Source of the DNA: an uncultured Spongiibacteraceae bacterium
Lineage (GTDB): Bacteria; Pseudomonadota; Gammaproteobacteria; Pseudomonadales; DT-91
Direction: 5' to 3'
NCBI GenBank assembly: GCA_964617765.1
Contig: CAZTZY010000004.1
Location: forward strand, 15-64,014
Length of the DNA stretch: 64,000 nucleotides
This document shows positions 25,902 to 36,209 of this stretch, in pieces. Below the pieces are notes generated by a model. That model was given only the letters and a program-made list of their open reading frames with translations, had not been told where the DNA came from and did no database searches. Numbering within the stretch: position 1 is the first letter of the stretch; each line of letters opens with the position of its first letter. The translations under genes were made by a program, and so were the position numbers.

Positions 25902-27287
25902 ATGAATATAAAAACTATTATTACGGGCACTGTAATGGGCGTATGCCTTTTTTTCCCGGTTCTTGTTAATGCAGCGGTATCTCAACAAGAGGCAAAAAAG
26001 CTGGGTTCAGAATTAACCACTATGGGAGCACAGAAAGCAGGTAATGCCGATGGCTCTATTCCAGTATGGAAAGGAACCATGTCGGGTGTGCCCGCTGGAC
26101 TTTCATATATGGGAAGTGGGGATGTTTATCCAGATCCTTATGCATCGGATCGAATTCTGTATACGATTAACGCCAGAAATATGTCGGGTTATTCAGCCTA
26201 TCTTAGTGAAGGTTTAAAGGCGTTATTAACCAAGTATCCTGATACTTTTAATATCCCTGTCTATCAATCACATCGTGACGCTCGCTGGTCTCAATTAACT
26301 GAAGGTAGAACATTGTGGAATGCCGTCAATACAGTGTTGGTAAATGGTATTGATGGATTGCAAAACTATACTGGTGGTGCACCTTTCCCTATACCTAAAA
26401 ATGGCGCTGAAGTTGTTTGGAATGCACGTACTATTCACCCTAATCCTACCATTATGGGTGTTTTGGATGATGTGGCAGTTTACCTTAATGGCGAACAACA
26501 ATTGGTTAGGCAAGAGTATGTCTCTGAATTCCCTTATTCATATCCTCAAAACAAGATAGGTGATACAGAACCTCAGATCGGCATTAATGGTGGTTTGGTT
26601 CATGTTACAGTTCTTAAGCCCGAGCGTCAGAAAGGGCAGATGACAATTGTTCTTGAGGCTATGGATCAAGTGAAGAACGAGCGTAAAGCATGGGCCTATA
26701 TTCCTGGTTCACGTCGAGTACGCAGGGCACCAACAGTGGGTTACGATACTCCCAATGGACCTGGCGGTGTAAAAACCATTGATGATGAATTGGGATTTAA
26801 TGGGGCTTTTGATCGTTTTGACTGGACTTTGATTGGCAAGCGCGAAATGATTATTCCTTATCATTCTTATAAGTTTGATTCCCCACAAGTTAAATACAAA
26901 ACCTTATTGATGCCAGGCCATGCTAATCCGGCTTATATGCGTTATGAGAAACATCGGGTTTGGGTAGTTGAGGCAAACCTCAAGCGTGGTTTGCGACATG
27001 TGTATGCCAAACGTCGTTTCTATATTGATGAGGATAGCTGGCAGTTTTCTTTGACTGAAAGCTATGATGGTCGTGGCGCGTTATGGAAAGTGGCTATATT
27101 GAATACAGTTTATGATTTTGCATTGAAAGGATATATTGCTCGTGCACAAATGTTCCATGATTTGCAGTCAGGGGCATATGTTTCTGGTCGTATGGTCAAT
27201 GAGACAGGACAGCCAAATTTAATGGCAACTCCTAGAGGCGATGAATATTACTCACCTTCCAGTTTAAGGACTATGGGTACTCGCTAG
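25902..27287 (+). CDS. DUF1329-family periplasmic protein (LolA-like fold family)
   Basis: Signal peptide: GVCLFFPVLVNA/AV. I recall the segment GGAPFPIPKNGAEVVWNARTIHPNP and the overall ~460-aa size as characteristic of DUF1329. This was not verified by search. Confidence 0.6.
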   Translation: MNIKTIITGTVMGVCLFFPVLVNAAVSQQEAKKLGSELTTMGAQKAGNADGSIPVWKGTMSGVPAGLSYMGSGDVYPDPYASDRILYTINARNMSGYSAYLSEGLKALLTKYPDTFNIPVYQSHRDARWSQLTEGRTLWNAVNTVLVNGIDGLQNYTGGAPFPIPKNGAEVVWNARTIHPNPTIMGVLDDVAVYLNGEQQLVRQEYVSEFPYSYPQNKIGDTEPQIGINGGLVHVTVLKPERQKGQMTIVLEAMDQVKNERKAWAYIPGSRRVRRAPTVGYDTPNGPGGVKTIDDELGFNGAFDRFDWTLIGKREMIIPYHSYKFDSPQVKYKTLLMPGHANPAYMRYEKHRVWVVEANLKRGLRHVYAKRRFYIDEDSWQFSLTESYDGRGALWKVAILNTVYDFALKGYIARAQMFHDLQSGAYVSGRMVNETGQPNLMATPRGDEYYSPSSLRTMGTR

Positions 27288-27310
27288 TTTTCAATTGCTG
27301 TTCAATCAAT

Positions 27311-27339
27311 AAAAAAACCGCACAATGTGCGGTTTTTTT
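27311..27339. terminator. Bidirectional rho-independent terminator between the DUF1329 gene and pilU
   Basis: The sequence AAAAAAACCGCACAaTGTGCGGTTTTTTT is a GC-containing stem flanked by an A-run and a T-run, lying between convergent genes. Confidence 0.8.
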
Positions 27340-27371
27340 ATTCTCGTTCCTGTCAGAAATTCAGATCCTTA

Positions 27372-28430
27372 TTAGCCACCAAACCGCATCATTAATTTTA
27401 GATTATCCTTCGAGTCTGCATGTTTTAGCGCTTCAGATTCCGTGATTTTTTGTGCGATAAAAAGCCCATAAAGTGCCTGGTCAAAAGTTTGAGATCCATC
27501 ATCATTATCTTTGATCATGACTTCCTGGATTTTATCGATCTCACCTTCTTTGATGAGCTCTTGAATGTAAGGTGTACACATCATTATTTCGACGGCCGGT
27601 ATGCGCGTTCCATCAACCCCAATAGGTAAACGTTGGCAGATTATGGCTTTTAAATGCTCAGAAAGATCTGACCGGATTTGCTTGTGTAATTCTTGTGGGA
27701 AGATATTAACAATACGGTCTATGGCTTGACGGGCATTATTAGCATGAATAGTGGTATAACAAAGGTGTCCAGTTTCCGCAAAAGTTAATGCATATTTCAC
27801 TGTTTCCATATCACGGCATTCACCAATCAGGATGGCATCTGGAGCTTCCCGCATGGCACTCATTAAAGCATCTTTATAGGTCAGTGCATCAATACCAACT
27901 TCACGTTGACTGATTATCGATTTTTTGTGGGCATGAATAAACTCTACAGGATCCTCAATAGTAAGTATGTGGCCACTCATAGTCTCATTACGATGATTGA
28001 CCATAGAGGCCAACGTAGTAGATTTACCTGTGCCTGTTGCGCCTACAACAAGAACCAACCCTTGTTTTTTGACAGCAAGATCTTCAAGGATTTTTGGGAG
28101 ATTTAAAGCTGCCAGGCTCGGGATAATACTGACAATGTAACGTGCAACCAGTGCAGGCTCACCTTTTTGATAATAGGCATTAAGACGAAAACGTCCGCAG
28201 TCTTCAACGGTATAGCCCAAATCAAGTTGTCGCTTTTCTTCAAATTCAGTTAATTGATCAATATCCAGCATGGTATTGATAATTTCCCGCACATTTTCTT
28301 TGGTTAACGGGGTTTGTCCTACAGGTTTCATACTGCCTAAAATTTTTACCATGGGAGGCGCGCCCACATTGATAAACAAGTCGGTGCCATTTTTATCGAC
28401 AACAAATTTAAGTAATGTCTTCAGATTCAT
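27372..28430 (-). CDS. pilU: PilT/PilU-family type IV pilus retraction ATPase (PilU-like)
   Basis: Walker A: GATGTGKSTT. Asp box: ILTIEDPVEF. Walker B: ILIGECRD. His box: TGHLCYTTIHANNARQAIDRIVNIFP. The PilU-like C-terminus reads QTFDQALYGLF..ADSKDNLKLMMR and lacks the PilT AIRNLIRE motif. Confidence 0.75.
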   Translation of the reverse strand: MNLKTLLKFVVDKNGTDLFINVGAPPMVKILGSMKPVGQTPLTKENVREIINTMLDIDQLTEFEEKRQLDLGYTVEDCGRFRLNAYYQKGEPALVARYIVSIIPSLAALNLPKILEDLAVKKQGLVLVVGATGTGKSTTLASMVNHRNETMSGHILTIEDPVEFIHAHKKSIISQREVGIDALTYKDALMSAMREAPDAILIGECRDMETVKYALTFAETGHLCYTTIHANNARQAIDRIVNIFPQELHKQIRSDLSEHLKAIICQRLPIGVDGTRIPAVEIMMCTPYIQELIKEGEIDKIQEVMIKDNDDGSQTFDQALYGLFIAQKITESEALKHADSKDNLKLMMRFGG

Positions 28431-28619
28431 TTTAGAGCCTTTTTTTCATTATTATCGCTGCAAATGCTTATATGCAGGGCTATATCTTGAAAGTTTATCC
28501 TATCGTTACTCTTGGTATGGGTAAACAGATATAAGCGTTTTGTTATAAAATTATTCGCTGTTATTCATTTTTTATGACTGTTATTGTAGTCCAAATTTTT
28601 GAATGTGAGAGGATTTAAA

Positions 28620-29753
28620 ATGGGTCCATTGGCAGGAATCAGGATCATAGAAATGGGTGGTATCGGGCCATCGCCATTTGCAGCAATGTTACTTTCAGAC
28701 ATGGGTGCCGAAGTTATACGAATTGAGAGAAATAGTGCGAGCTCAGTAAATGCCTGTGAAGTGACATTACGCGGTCGTAAATCGATTGCGTTGAACTTGA
28801 AAGATCCCAGGGCAATTGAACTGGTGTTGAAACTTATTAAAACATCAGATGCCTTGATTGAGGGTTTTCGTCCAGGGGTTATGGAAAAACTGGGCTTGGG
28901 GCCTGATGTTTGTCTGGGGGTTAATCCAAAATTTGTTTATGGGCGAATGACCGGGTGGGGGCAATATGGACCATTGTCGCAAATTGCAGGCCACGACATT
29001 AACTACATAGCCATAACCGGGGCATTATCAACAATTGGTCGCAAAGAGGGCGGTCCTGCGATTCCTTTAAATTTATTGGGTGATTTCGGTGGTGGCGGCG
29101 CTTACCTTGTTATGGGTATGTTAGCAGCAATGTTGGAAGCCAAAACGTCTGGCAAGGGCCAGGTTGTAGATGCGGCCATCAGTGATGGAGTGGCTTCATT
29201 GATGGCAATGATCCAAGGTTATCGAGCCATGGGTATGTGGGATTTACAACGCCAGAATAACCTGTTTGATGGTGGCCCCCAATATTACGATACTTATGAA
29301 TGTGCTGACGGAAAATGGATATCCCTGGGTGCTATTGAAGTCCATTTTTATGAGACCTTGGTCAAAAAACTCGAGATAGATGTTGGTGCAATTGACTATC
29401 CCGCGCAATTTGATAAAGAAAAGTGGGCGGCATTAAAACCTGTTTTTACGGCAAGAATTAAGCAGAAAACCCGTGATGAATGGTGCGAAGTTTTTGGCGA
29501 TTCAGATGCCTGTTTTGCACCTGTTTTGGATATGGATGAGGCAATTACTTATCCGCATAATGTCGCCCGCAAGACTTTTGTTGATATTGACGGAGTCAAT
29601 CAGGCTGCACCAGCCCCACGGTTCAGTCGTACTGAATCTGAAATTCAGGGCGGCCCTGTGCCTGCAGGTAAGGATAATGACAAAGTGTTAGCTGACCTGG
29701 GGTTAACATTAGAAGAAATTCAGGCGCTGAAAGAGGCGCGGGTAATCAGTTAA
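28620..29753 (+). CDS. CaiB/BaiF family III CoA-transferase (alpha-methylacyl-CoA racemase-like)
   Basis: The N-terminus MGPLAGIRIIEMGGIGPSPFAAMLLSDMGAEVIRIER is typical of the family. ATG at 28620 follows GAGAGGA. The ORF-track start at 28599 is an upstream in-frame extension. Confidence 0.85.
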   Translation: MGPLAGIRIIEMGGIGPSPFAAMLLSDMGAEVIRIERNSASSVNACEVTLRGRKSIALNLKDPRAIELVLKLIKTSDALIEGFRPGVMEKLGLGPDVCLGVNPKFVYGRMTGWGQYGPLSQIAGHDINYIAITGALSTIGRKEGGPAIPLNLLGDFGGGGAYLVMGMLAAMLEAKTSGKGQVVDAAISDGVASLMAMIQGYRAMGMWDLQRQNNLFDGGPQYYDTYECADGKWISLGAIEVHFYETLVKKLEIDVGAIDYPAQFDKEKWAALKPVFTARIKQKTRDEWCEVFGDSDACFAPVLDMDEAITYPHNVARKTFVDIDGVNQAAPAPRFSRTESEIQGGPVPAGKDNDKVLADLGLTLEEIQALKEARVIS

Positions 29754-29763
29754 GGATTTTATT

Positions 29764-30444
29764 ATGGGCCAAAAAGATATTATTCAAGCGTTTGAATCGT
29801 TAGTTAAGTCCAGACATTCTGTGCGGGCTTTTTTGCCAAAAGAGGTGACTCACACAGACCTCAACAAAATTTTCGAGTTGGCTCAAACAGCCCCGTCCAA
29901 TTGTAATACCCAACCATGGAGTGCACATGTTGTCAGTGGAGAGAAAACAAGGATTTTGAAACAGGAATTAACCGCTGCCATTATGCGCGGTGAATTTTCC
30001 ATGGATTTTCCTTATGAAGGAAAATATGAAAATGAATTCCGTGACAGGCAATATGATGCAGCGAACCAACTCTACACCGCGATGGGAATAGCTCGAGAAG
30101 ATAAGCTCGCTCGTAATGCCGCTTTTTTACGCAATTTCAGTTTTTTTGATGCGCCGCATGCCGTTTTATTATTTATGCATGAAAAGTTTGGTATCAGGGA
30201 GGCTGCTGATGTAGGCATGTATGCACAGAATCTTATGTTGGCGTTAACAGCTTATGGTGTTGCCAGTTGCCCCCAAACGGCATTAGGTTTTCATGCAGAT
30301 AAGGTTCGGGAAGTTTTGGGAATATCCAACGAAATGAAATTATTATTTGGAATTTCTTTTGGTTATGAAGATTGCAGTGCACCCGCTAATAAAGCCAGAG
30401 TGGGCCGTGCCCCAGTAGATAAAGCCGTTATTTTTCATCATTAA
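29764..30444 (+). CDS. Nitroreductase-family NAD(P)H oxidoreductase
   Basis: It has the RHSVRAF motif near the N-terminus, then TAPSNCNTQPW and a C-terminal ISFGY motif. Its size is ~226 aa. Confidence 0.8.
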   Translation: MGQKDIIQAFESLVKSRHSVRAFLPKEVTHTDLNKIFELAQTAPSNCNTQPWSAHVVSGEKTRILKQELTAAIMRGEFSMDFPYEGKYENEFRDRQYDAANQLYTAMGIAREDKLARNAAFLRNFSFFDAPHAVLLFMHEKFGIREAADVGMYAQNLMLALTAYGVASCPQTALGFHADKVREVLGISNEMKLLFGISFGYEDCSAPANKARVGRAPVDKAVIFHH

Positions 30445-30458
30445 ATAGTTTGTACGAT

Positions 30459-30486
30459 ATTGAGCAACAAAAAGTTGTTGCTCAAT
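30459..30486. terminator. Hairpin between the convergent nitroreductase gene and nuoN (bidirectional terminator candidate)
   Basis: ATTGAGCAACAA-aaag-TTGTTGCTCAAT is a perfect 12-bp stem in the 53-nt gap between the two convergent genes. Confidence 0.65.
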
Positions 30487-30497
30487 AAAACTGCAAT

Positions 30498-31958
30498 TTA
30501 CTGCATGATCCAATCAAACATCGGTTGTGGATAAGCACCTAACAGGATAATAAGCGCGCCAATCAAAATCAGCAGGCAAATACTCAATTTACTGCTCCAG
30601 TTACTGGGCAATTGATGGGTTGAAGAGGTTGAGCCAGATGGATTGGTGTTTGTATCTTGATACAACATTACCGTTACGCGTAAATAATAATAGATACCAA
30701 TAGCACTACCTATCACCATCACTGCTAACAAAGGCCAAAGTGAAGCATTAACAGCTGCGCTAATTAAGTAAAACTTACCAATAAATCCCGCAGTTAGAGG
30801 AATTCCTGCCATGGATAGCATGGCAATGGACATAATGATGGCCAGCAAGGGTTGTGTGCGGTAAAGCCCGCGATAATGCTGGGCAAGGTTATCAGCATCA
30901 TCAGCATTGGAAAATTGGGTAGATACCATGGAGACCACACCAAAGGCTGCAAGGGATGTCAGCGTATATACCAGTATATAAACCATGGCGATTTCATGTA
31001 CTTCAGTATTGAAGGCAACGATTCCAACCAGTAAATAACCAAAATGAGAAATGGACGAATAGGCCAGCAAACGTTTGATATTGTTTTGTGTGATAGCCAG
31101 TAGATTACCGACAAGCATCGATAAGGCAGCCAATACGGTTAAAACCAGTTTTATAGCAGGATCTTGAAATATTGATACTTCGGTTAGCAATCGAATAAAG
31201 ACCGCAACCACAGCAATCTTGGCGACAGTGGCAATGAAAGCACTCACCGGTGCAGGTGAGCCTTCATAGACATCAGGTGTCCATAAGTGGAAGGGCGCAA
31301 GAGATAATTTGAATGCCAGGGCGATAACGATGAGCAGTGAACCGATCATGATAACGGGATTCAATGAGCCTCCCATTTGCAGCAATTGCTGGGCAATACC
31401 AGAAAACGACAAACTTCCTGAATAAGCATATAACAATGCCATTCCAAACAGCATCAATGCAGAGCCCGTAGCAGATAAAACCAGATACTTGATGCCTGAT
31501 TCAAGAGAGCGTCTATTTTTAAAGCTATAGGCGACGAGAGCGTATAAAGGAACGGATAATATCTCGAGTCCAATAAAGAGACTGGCAAAATGACAACTGG
31601 TTACCAACACTACGCCGCCAATCAACGAAAGAATCATGAGCAGGTACATTTCTTCACGGTTGCCTTCCCGTTTTTGCAAATAGGCATGTGCGAGCGAAAT
31701 ACAAATGAAGGTTGCAAAAATCATCAAGGTAATAAAAAAACTGGCAAATCGATCAACCTTGACCAATTCGGTAAAGTTTTGGGGTATATCAGAATTTGAC
31801 TGGAATGTTGCTAACTGGGTTATAACAAGCCCGCCAAGTGCTATCAGGATATTCCAGCCCTTGTGACGGAAAAAAGCGATGCTTAACATCAACAAAGTTG
31901 CAGTTGCACTTAGGATAAATACAGGCAACGGGTAAAAAAACTGGGATTGAGTCAACAT
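30498..31958 (-). CDS. nuoN: NADH-quinone oxidoreductase subunit N
   Basis: A polytopic antiporter-like subunit with the motif LAPFHLWTPDVYEGSPAPVSAF. It is the last gene of the colinear nuoA-N operon. Confidence 0.9.
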   Translation of the reverse strand: MLTQSQFFYPLPVFILSATATLLMLSIAFFRHKGWNILIALGGLVITQLATFQSNSDIPQNFTELVKVDRFASFFITLMIFATFICISLAHAYLQKREGNREEMYLLMILSLIGGVVLVTSCHFASLFIGLEILSVPLYALVAYSFKNRRSLESGIKYLVLSATGSALMLFGMALLYAYSGSLSFSGIAQQLLQMGGSLNPVIMIGSLLIVIALAFKLSLAPFHLWTPDVYEGSPAPVSAFIATVAKIAVVAVFIRLLTEVSIFQDPAIKLVLTVLAALSMLVGNLLAITQNNIKRLLAYSSISHFGYLLVGIVAFNTEVHEIAMVYILVYTLTSLAAFGVVSMVSTQFSNADDADNLAQHYRGLYRTQPLLAIIMSIAMLSMAGIPLTAGFIGKFYLISAAVNASLWPLLAVMVIGSAIGIYYYLRVTVMLYQDTNTNPSGSTSSTHQLPSNWSSKLSICLLILIGALIILLGAYPQPMFDWIMQ

Positions 31959-31963
31959 GGCGC

Positions 31964-33520
31964 TTACTTACCCACTACCGAATAAAAGTTAATGAGAGAT
32001 TGCATGGATGGAGCAGAAATATCCAATACGGGTTGAGGGAATATACCAAGAGCTAACAGTGCAATTGCCATAAACAGCATCAAGGCCAATTCGCGTAAGG
32101 ATAATCCGGTTAGTTCGGCTTGATTATCTTCAGCCCCTTTAGATATTGATTGCCCATAAAATGCTTTTTGTATCATCATCAGGCTATATATGACGGCCAG
32201 TATTAATCCCGCGGTGCCGATAGTGACAATCAATGGATAGTTTTTAAATGCCCCTAACAAAATAAGGAATTCACCCACAAAATTTCCCAAGCCCGGCAAG
32301 CCTAGTGATGCTAAAGCAAAAAACAAGGTAATTGGAGGCAGCCAGGCAATGCGTGACCACAATCCACCCATTTTACGCAAGTCACGGGTGTGAATGCGGT
32401 CATATAAAAGACCACTGAGAATGAATAATGCGCCGGCAGAAATGCCGTGGGCAATCATTTGTACAACAACACCCTGAAGGCTTATTAAAGAACCGGCATA
32501 AATGCCAATCAGGATAAAACCCATATGCGATATACTGCTATAGGCAATCAAACGTTTTACATCAGTTTGGGCGCAGGCCATGATGGCCCCATAAAACAGG
32601 GTGATAAGTCCAAGTATCATGGCGATTGGCGCAAACTCTTGAGAAGCTTGTGGGAACAGGGGCAGGGCAAAACGCAACATGCCATAGGCAGACGTTTTCA
32701 ATAAAATACCGGTAATATCCACACTGCCTGAGGTAGGTGTGAATTCATGTACATCGGGCAACCACGAGTGAAAAGGCACTATCGGTAATTTCACGGCAAA
32801 GGCAATGAAAAACCCCAGCATCACTATCATTTCCCAAACTGGTGGTAGATAGGTATGTGCGCCAAGTAAAATACTATAATCAAAACTTAAAACACCGCTG
32901 GCAGAAAACTGGAAGAAGACCAATGCTAAAATACTGAGTAGCAGTAACAAGCCACTGGCTTGGGTATAGATAAAAAATTTATTGGCAGCATAAAGTCGAT
33001 CTTTTCCACCAGTTGTTTTTACTGTCGGGTCTTCGCCACGATATCCCCAGAAAACAATCAGAAAGTAGACGGGGACTAACATGAGCTCCCAGAATACAAA
33101 AAACAGGAACAGGTCGAGTGATAAAAATACCCCAAGCACGCCAGCCATATTCCATAGCAGGCATAAATAGAAAAAACCGACATTTTTGGTGGTTTCACGC
33201 CATGAGCAAAATACCGCAGCGATACCCATAGCTCCACTCAGGATAACCATTAACAAGGAAAGCCCATCAAGCCCGAGATGAAAAGAAATACCAAACTGGG
33301 GAATCCACGGCAATATTATTTCCTGCTGCCAGGGACTCAGTGCTAAAGCAAGATCCGGTAAAGCGACGTCGCCCTGTAAACCCAACTGAATTGCCAGGGC
33401 GAATATAGCTACCATGGCAAAGAGAGCTATCCAGCGTGGTGCCAAAATACTGCTTTTTTCGCTAACCCAACAGATTAATCCACCGATGAGTGGGATGATG
33501 ATAAATAAGGAAAGAATCAT
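31964..33520 (-). CDS. nuoM: NADH-quinone oxidoreductase subunit M
   Basis: Antiporter-like subunit with the motif PFHSWLPDVHEFTPTSGSVDITGILLKTSAYGMLRF. Its position lies between nuoL and nuoN. Confidence 0.9.
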   Translation of the reverse strand: MILSLFIIIPLIGGLICWVSEKSSILAPRWIALFAMVAIFALAIQLGLQGDVALPDLALALSPWQQEIILPWIPQFGISFHLGLDGLSLLMVILSGAMGIAAVFCSWRETTKNVGFFYLCLLWNMAGVLGVFLSLDLFLFFVFWELMLVPVYFLIVFWGYRGEDPTVKTTGGKDRLYAANKFFIYTQASGLLLLLSILALVFFQFSASGVLSFDYSILLGAHTYLPPVWEMIVMLGFFIAFAVKLPIVPFHSWLPDVHEFTPTSGSVDITGILLKTSAYGMLRFALPLFPQASQEFAPIAMILGLITLFYGAIMACAQTDVKRLIAYSSISHMGFILIGIYAGSLISLQGVVVQMIAHGISAGALFILSGLLYDRIHTRDLRKMGGLWSRIAWLPPITLFFALASLGLPGLGNFVGEFLILLGAFKNYPLIVTIGTAGLILAVIYSLMMIQKAFYGQSISKGAEDNQAELTGLSLRELALMLFMAIALLALGIFPQPVLDISAPSMQSLINFYSVVGK

Positions 33521-35361
33521 AGAATCACCAAGGCTAACAGAGCCACAACACCGGCAGCCATGGTCATGGCATACCAGCGAACTTGTCCATTTTGAGCAAT
33601 ACTGAGCGTTTGGCGTGCCAAACGTAATGTGGCAGGAATAAAGCCGTCCACAACAAAATCTGCGACATCACGACGATTAATTGCTACCAATGCTGTAAAA
33701 GGTTTTACCAGGATAAAATGATAAAGCTGATCAAAACCCCAGGCATTTTTCCATAAAGAATCTAAAGCACGGCCATAACCTGTTGCAGCAATACGGGTTA
33801 TGAAAGCGCGATTGCCGTTGTAAAGGAAATGTGCAATAGCAACACCGCTCACTGAAACTGCAATGGCAATCATTTCCAGCATGGTTTTGCCTTCAGTGCT
33901 ATCACCCGCCGGTGACAATGGCAGCACGCCAGCCAGTGGTGGATGAATCAATGCGCCAATTCCAGTGGATAATGCAGCCAAAACCAAGAGCGGTAAAGTA
34001 TGGGGAATGCCTTTACCTGCATGTATGTCAGCTTTGTTAGGCGAACCATGGAAAACAATAAAGATCAGGCGGAAAGTGTATATTGAGGTCAGGAAAGCAC
34101 CCAGCAAACCGGCAATTACAAATTCTGGTTTGTTAGCCGCCAAAGCCTGCCAGAGGATTTCATCTTTGCTGTAAAAGCCAGCGGTCAGAAATGGTAATGC
34201 AGCCAGGGCACCACCACCGATAATAAAACTGGCATAAACTAAGGGTAACGATTTACGTAAGCCGCCCATCCTGAAAATGTTTTGTTCGTGATGAGTGGCA
34301 ATTATTACAGCGCCTGCCGAAAGGAATAATAATGCCTTGAAAAATGCGTGAGTCATCAGGTGGAAAATAGCGGCATCCCACGCACCGACACCCAGAGCGA
34401 GAAACATGTAGCCAATTTGGCTCATCGTTGAGTAAGCCAATATGCGCTTGATATCAGTTTGTGCCAATGCGCTGAAACCCGCCATTAATAATGTGGCTGC
34501 ACCAACAACACCGACGAGATATAACACATCAGGTGACAGCTCAAACAAGGTGTGGGTGCGGGCTATCAGATATACTCCAGCTGTTACCATCGTTGCAGCA
34601 TGAATTAATGCAGAAACGGGAGTGGGTCCAGCCATTGCATCAGCAAGCCAGGTTTGCAAAGGTATTTGCGCAGATTTGCCAACAGCACCACCGAGTAATA
34701 ACAAGGCAGCCAAATGCAACATCGGTTGATTAGCGTGCGCGGGCGCAGACAAGAGCAGGCTTTGGATATGCAGTGTGCCGAATTCATTAAATAAAATGAA
34801 CAGGCCAATCAGCATTAATACGTCACCCACCCGTGTGACCAAAAAGGCTTTCATGGCTGCAGCGCCATTGGCAGGATCACGGTGATAGAAGCCAATCAAT
34901 AAATAGCTGCATAAACCCACACCTTCCCATCCAAAAAATAACAGGGCCAGGTCATCAGCAAGTATCAAAACTAACATGCTGGCAACAAAGAGATTCATGT
35001 AAGCAAAGAATCGAGAGTAGCCTTCATCTCCACGCATATACCATGTGGCAAAAAGGTGAATAAGGAAACCAACGCCCGTGACAACACCCAGCAAGGTTAA
35101 AGACAAACCATCAAGCTGCAGGCGCAAAGACAATGTCAGTTCTGGAAGTGATACCCACGTCCACAGGAGCTGGCTGAAAAAATTATTTTCGGATGGATTT
35201 TGTAAAAATAAAGCGCCGACATAAGCCGCTGTCAAAGCCGACAAGCCGATAGCACCTACGGCAACAGCAGCAACCGAATTTTCCGAGAGTCGTTTGCCAG
35301 CAAATGCCAGAATCAAAAAACTGATAATGGGGAACAGTATGGTGAGAAATAGTAGGTTCAT
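33517..35361 (-). CDS. nuoL: NADH-quinone oxidoreductase subunit L
   Basis: 614 aa. Motif: [33 protein letters not shown]. It has the C-terminal extension typical of NuoL. Confidence 0.92.
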   Translation of the reverse strand: MNLLFLTILFPIISFLILAFAGKRLSENSVAAVAVGAIGLSALTAAYVGALFLQNPSENNFFSQLLWTWVSLPELTLSLRLQLDGLSLTLLGVVTGVGFLIHLFATWYMRGDEGYSRFFAYMNLFVASMLVLILADDLALLFFGWEGVGLCSYLLIGFYHRDPANGAAAMKAFLVTRVGDVLMLIGLFILFNEFGTLHIQSLLLSAPAHANQPMLHLAALLLLGGAVGKSAQIPLQTWLADAMAGPTPVSALIHAATMVTAGVYLIARTHTLFELSPDVLYLVGVVGAATLLMAGFSALAQTDIKRILAYSTMSQIGYMFLALGVGAWDAAIFHLMTHAFFKALLFLSAGAVIIATHHEQNIFRMGGLRKSLPLVYASFIIGGGALAALPFLTAGFYSKDEILWQALAANKPEFVIAGLLGAFLTSIYTFRLIFIVFHGSPNKADIHAGKGIPHTLPLLVLAALSTGIGALIHPPLAGVLPLSPAGDSTEGKTMLEMIAIAVSVSGVAIAHFLYNGNRAFITRIAATGYGRALDSLWKNAWGFDQLYHFILVKPFTALVAINRRDVADFVVDGFIPATLRLARQTLSIAQNGQVRWYAMTMAAGVVALLALVIL

Positions 35362-35666
35362 CCGCGCATCTCACTTGCAGCATCAATATCAAGGGAATGG
35401 AAGTGACGGTACAGTTGTAAAAGCAGGGCAAGGCCGATGGAAGCCTCGGCTGCGGCTAACGATAGAATAAGGATAAACATGATCTGCCCATCTGCTTGCT
35501 GCCAACGACTGCCAGCCATAACAAAAGCCATTGCAGCAGCATTCATCATGATCTCAATAGAGATCAGCATAAACAGGATATTGCGGCGAACCATTACGCC
35601 AATAAAGCCCAACGCAAACAAGATGGCGGCAACAATTAATCCATGTTCTAAAGGTATACTTGTCAT
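35358..35666 (-). CDS. nuoK: NADH-quinone oxidoreductase subunit K
   Basis: 102 aa with 3 TM segments. Motifs: [12 protein letters not shown] and [14 protein letters not shown]. Confidence 0.9.
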   Translation of the reverse strand: MTSIPLEHGLIVAAILFALGFIGVMVRRNILFMLISIEIMMNAAAMAFVMAGSRWQQADGQIMFILILSLAAAEASIGLALLLQLYRHFHSLDIDAASEMRG

Positions 35667-35695
35667 AACTAATCGCTCTTACTCATTATTTTGAC

Positions 35696-36196
35696 TTAAT
35701 CTTCAACACGGCCGAGATGATAGGCGGCTACCAATGCAGCCAATAAAAGAATGGAAGCCAGTTCAACCAATAACAGGTCGGGGCCAAATAATGCCATTCC
35801 CACTTGTTTGGCATTGACTTCGCCAATGCCCAATAGACCATTAGCAAAATCTGGAGCGCCATATAAGGCTATAAATAACTCACCAAACAATATTGCTGTC
35901 AGAAGTGCGGGGCCGCGCCATAAACCGGGTTTAAGCCAGGCTTTTTCCTGACGGATAGTCTCAGCTCCAAGATTCAGCATCATCACTACAAACACAAAGA
36001 GAATCATGATGGCTCCAGCATAAACGATTATTTCCAGAGCACCGGCAAAAGGTGCACCGAGTGCAAAAAAGACCATGGATACTGCCATCAATGAAACCAC
36101 CATGTACAACAATGCATGCACCGGATTGGTATTGGTAATAATCCGCAGCGTAGCAAGTATTGCGACCAGTGATGATAAATAAAATGCGATAGCCAT
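35696..36196 (-). CDS. nuoJ: NADH-quinone oxidoreductase subunit J
   Basis: A 166-aa membrane subunit with the motif NPVHALLYMVVSL and the segment EIIVYAGAIMILFVFVVMM. Position matches the operon order. Confidence 0.9.
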   Translation of the reverse strand: MAIAFYLSSLVAILATLRIITNTNPVHALLYMVVSLMAVSMVFFALGAPFAGALEIIVYAGAIMILFVFVVMMLNLGAETIRQEKAWLKPGLWRGPALLTAILFGELFIALYGAPDFANGLLGIGEVNAKQVGMALFGPDLLLVELASILLLAALVAAYHLGRVED

Positions 36197-36209
36197 TTAC
36201 AGTTCCTCG

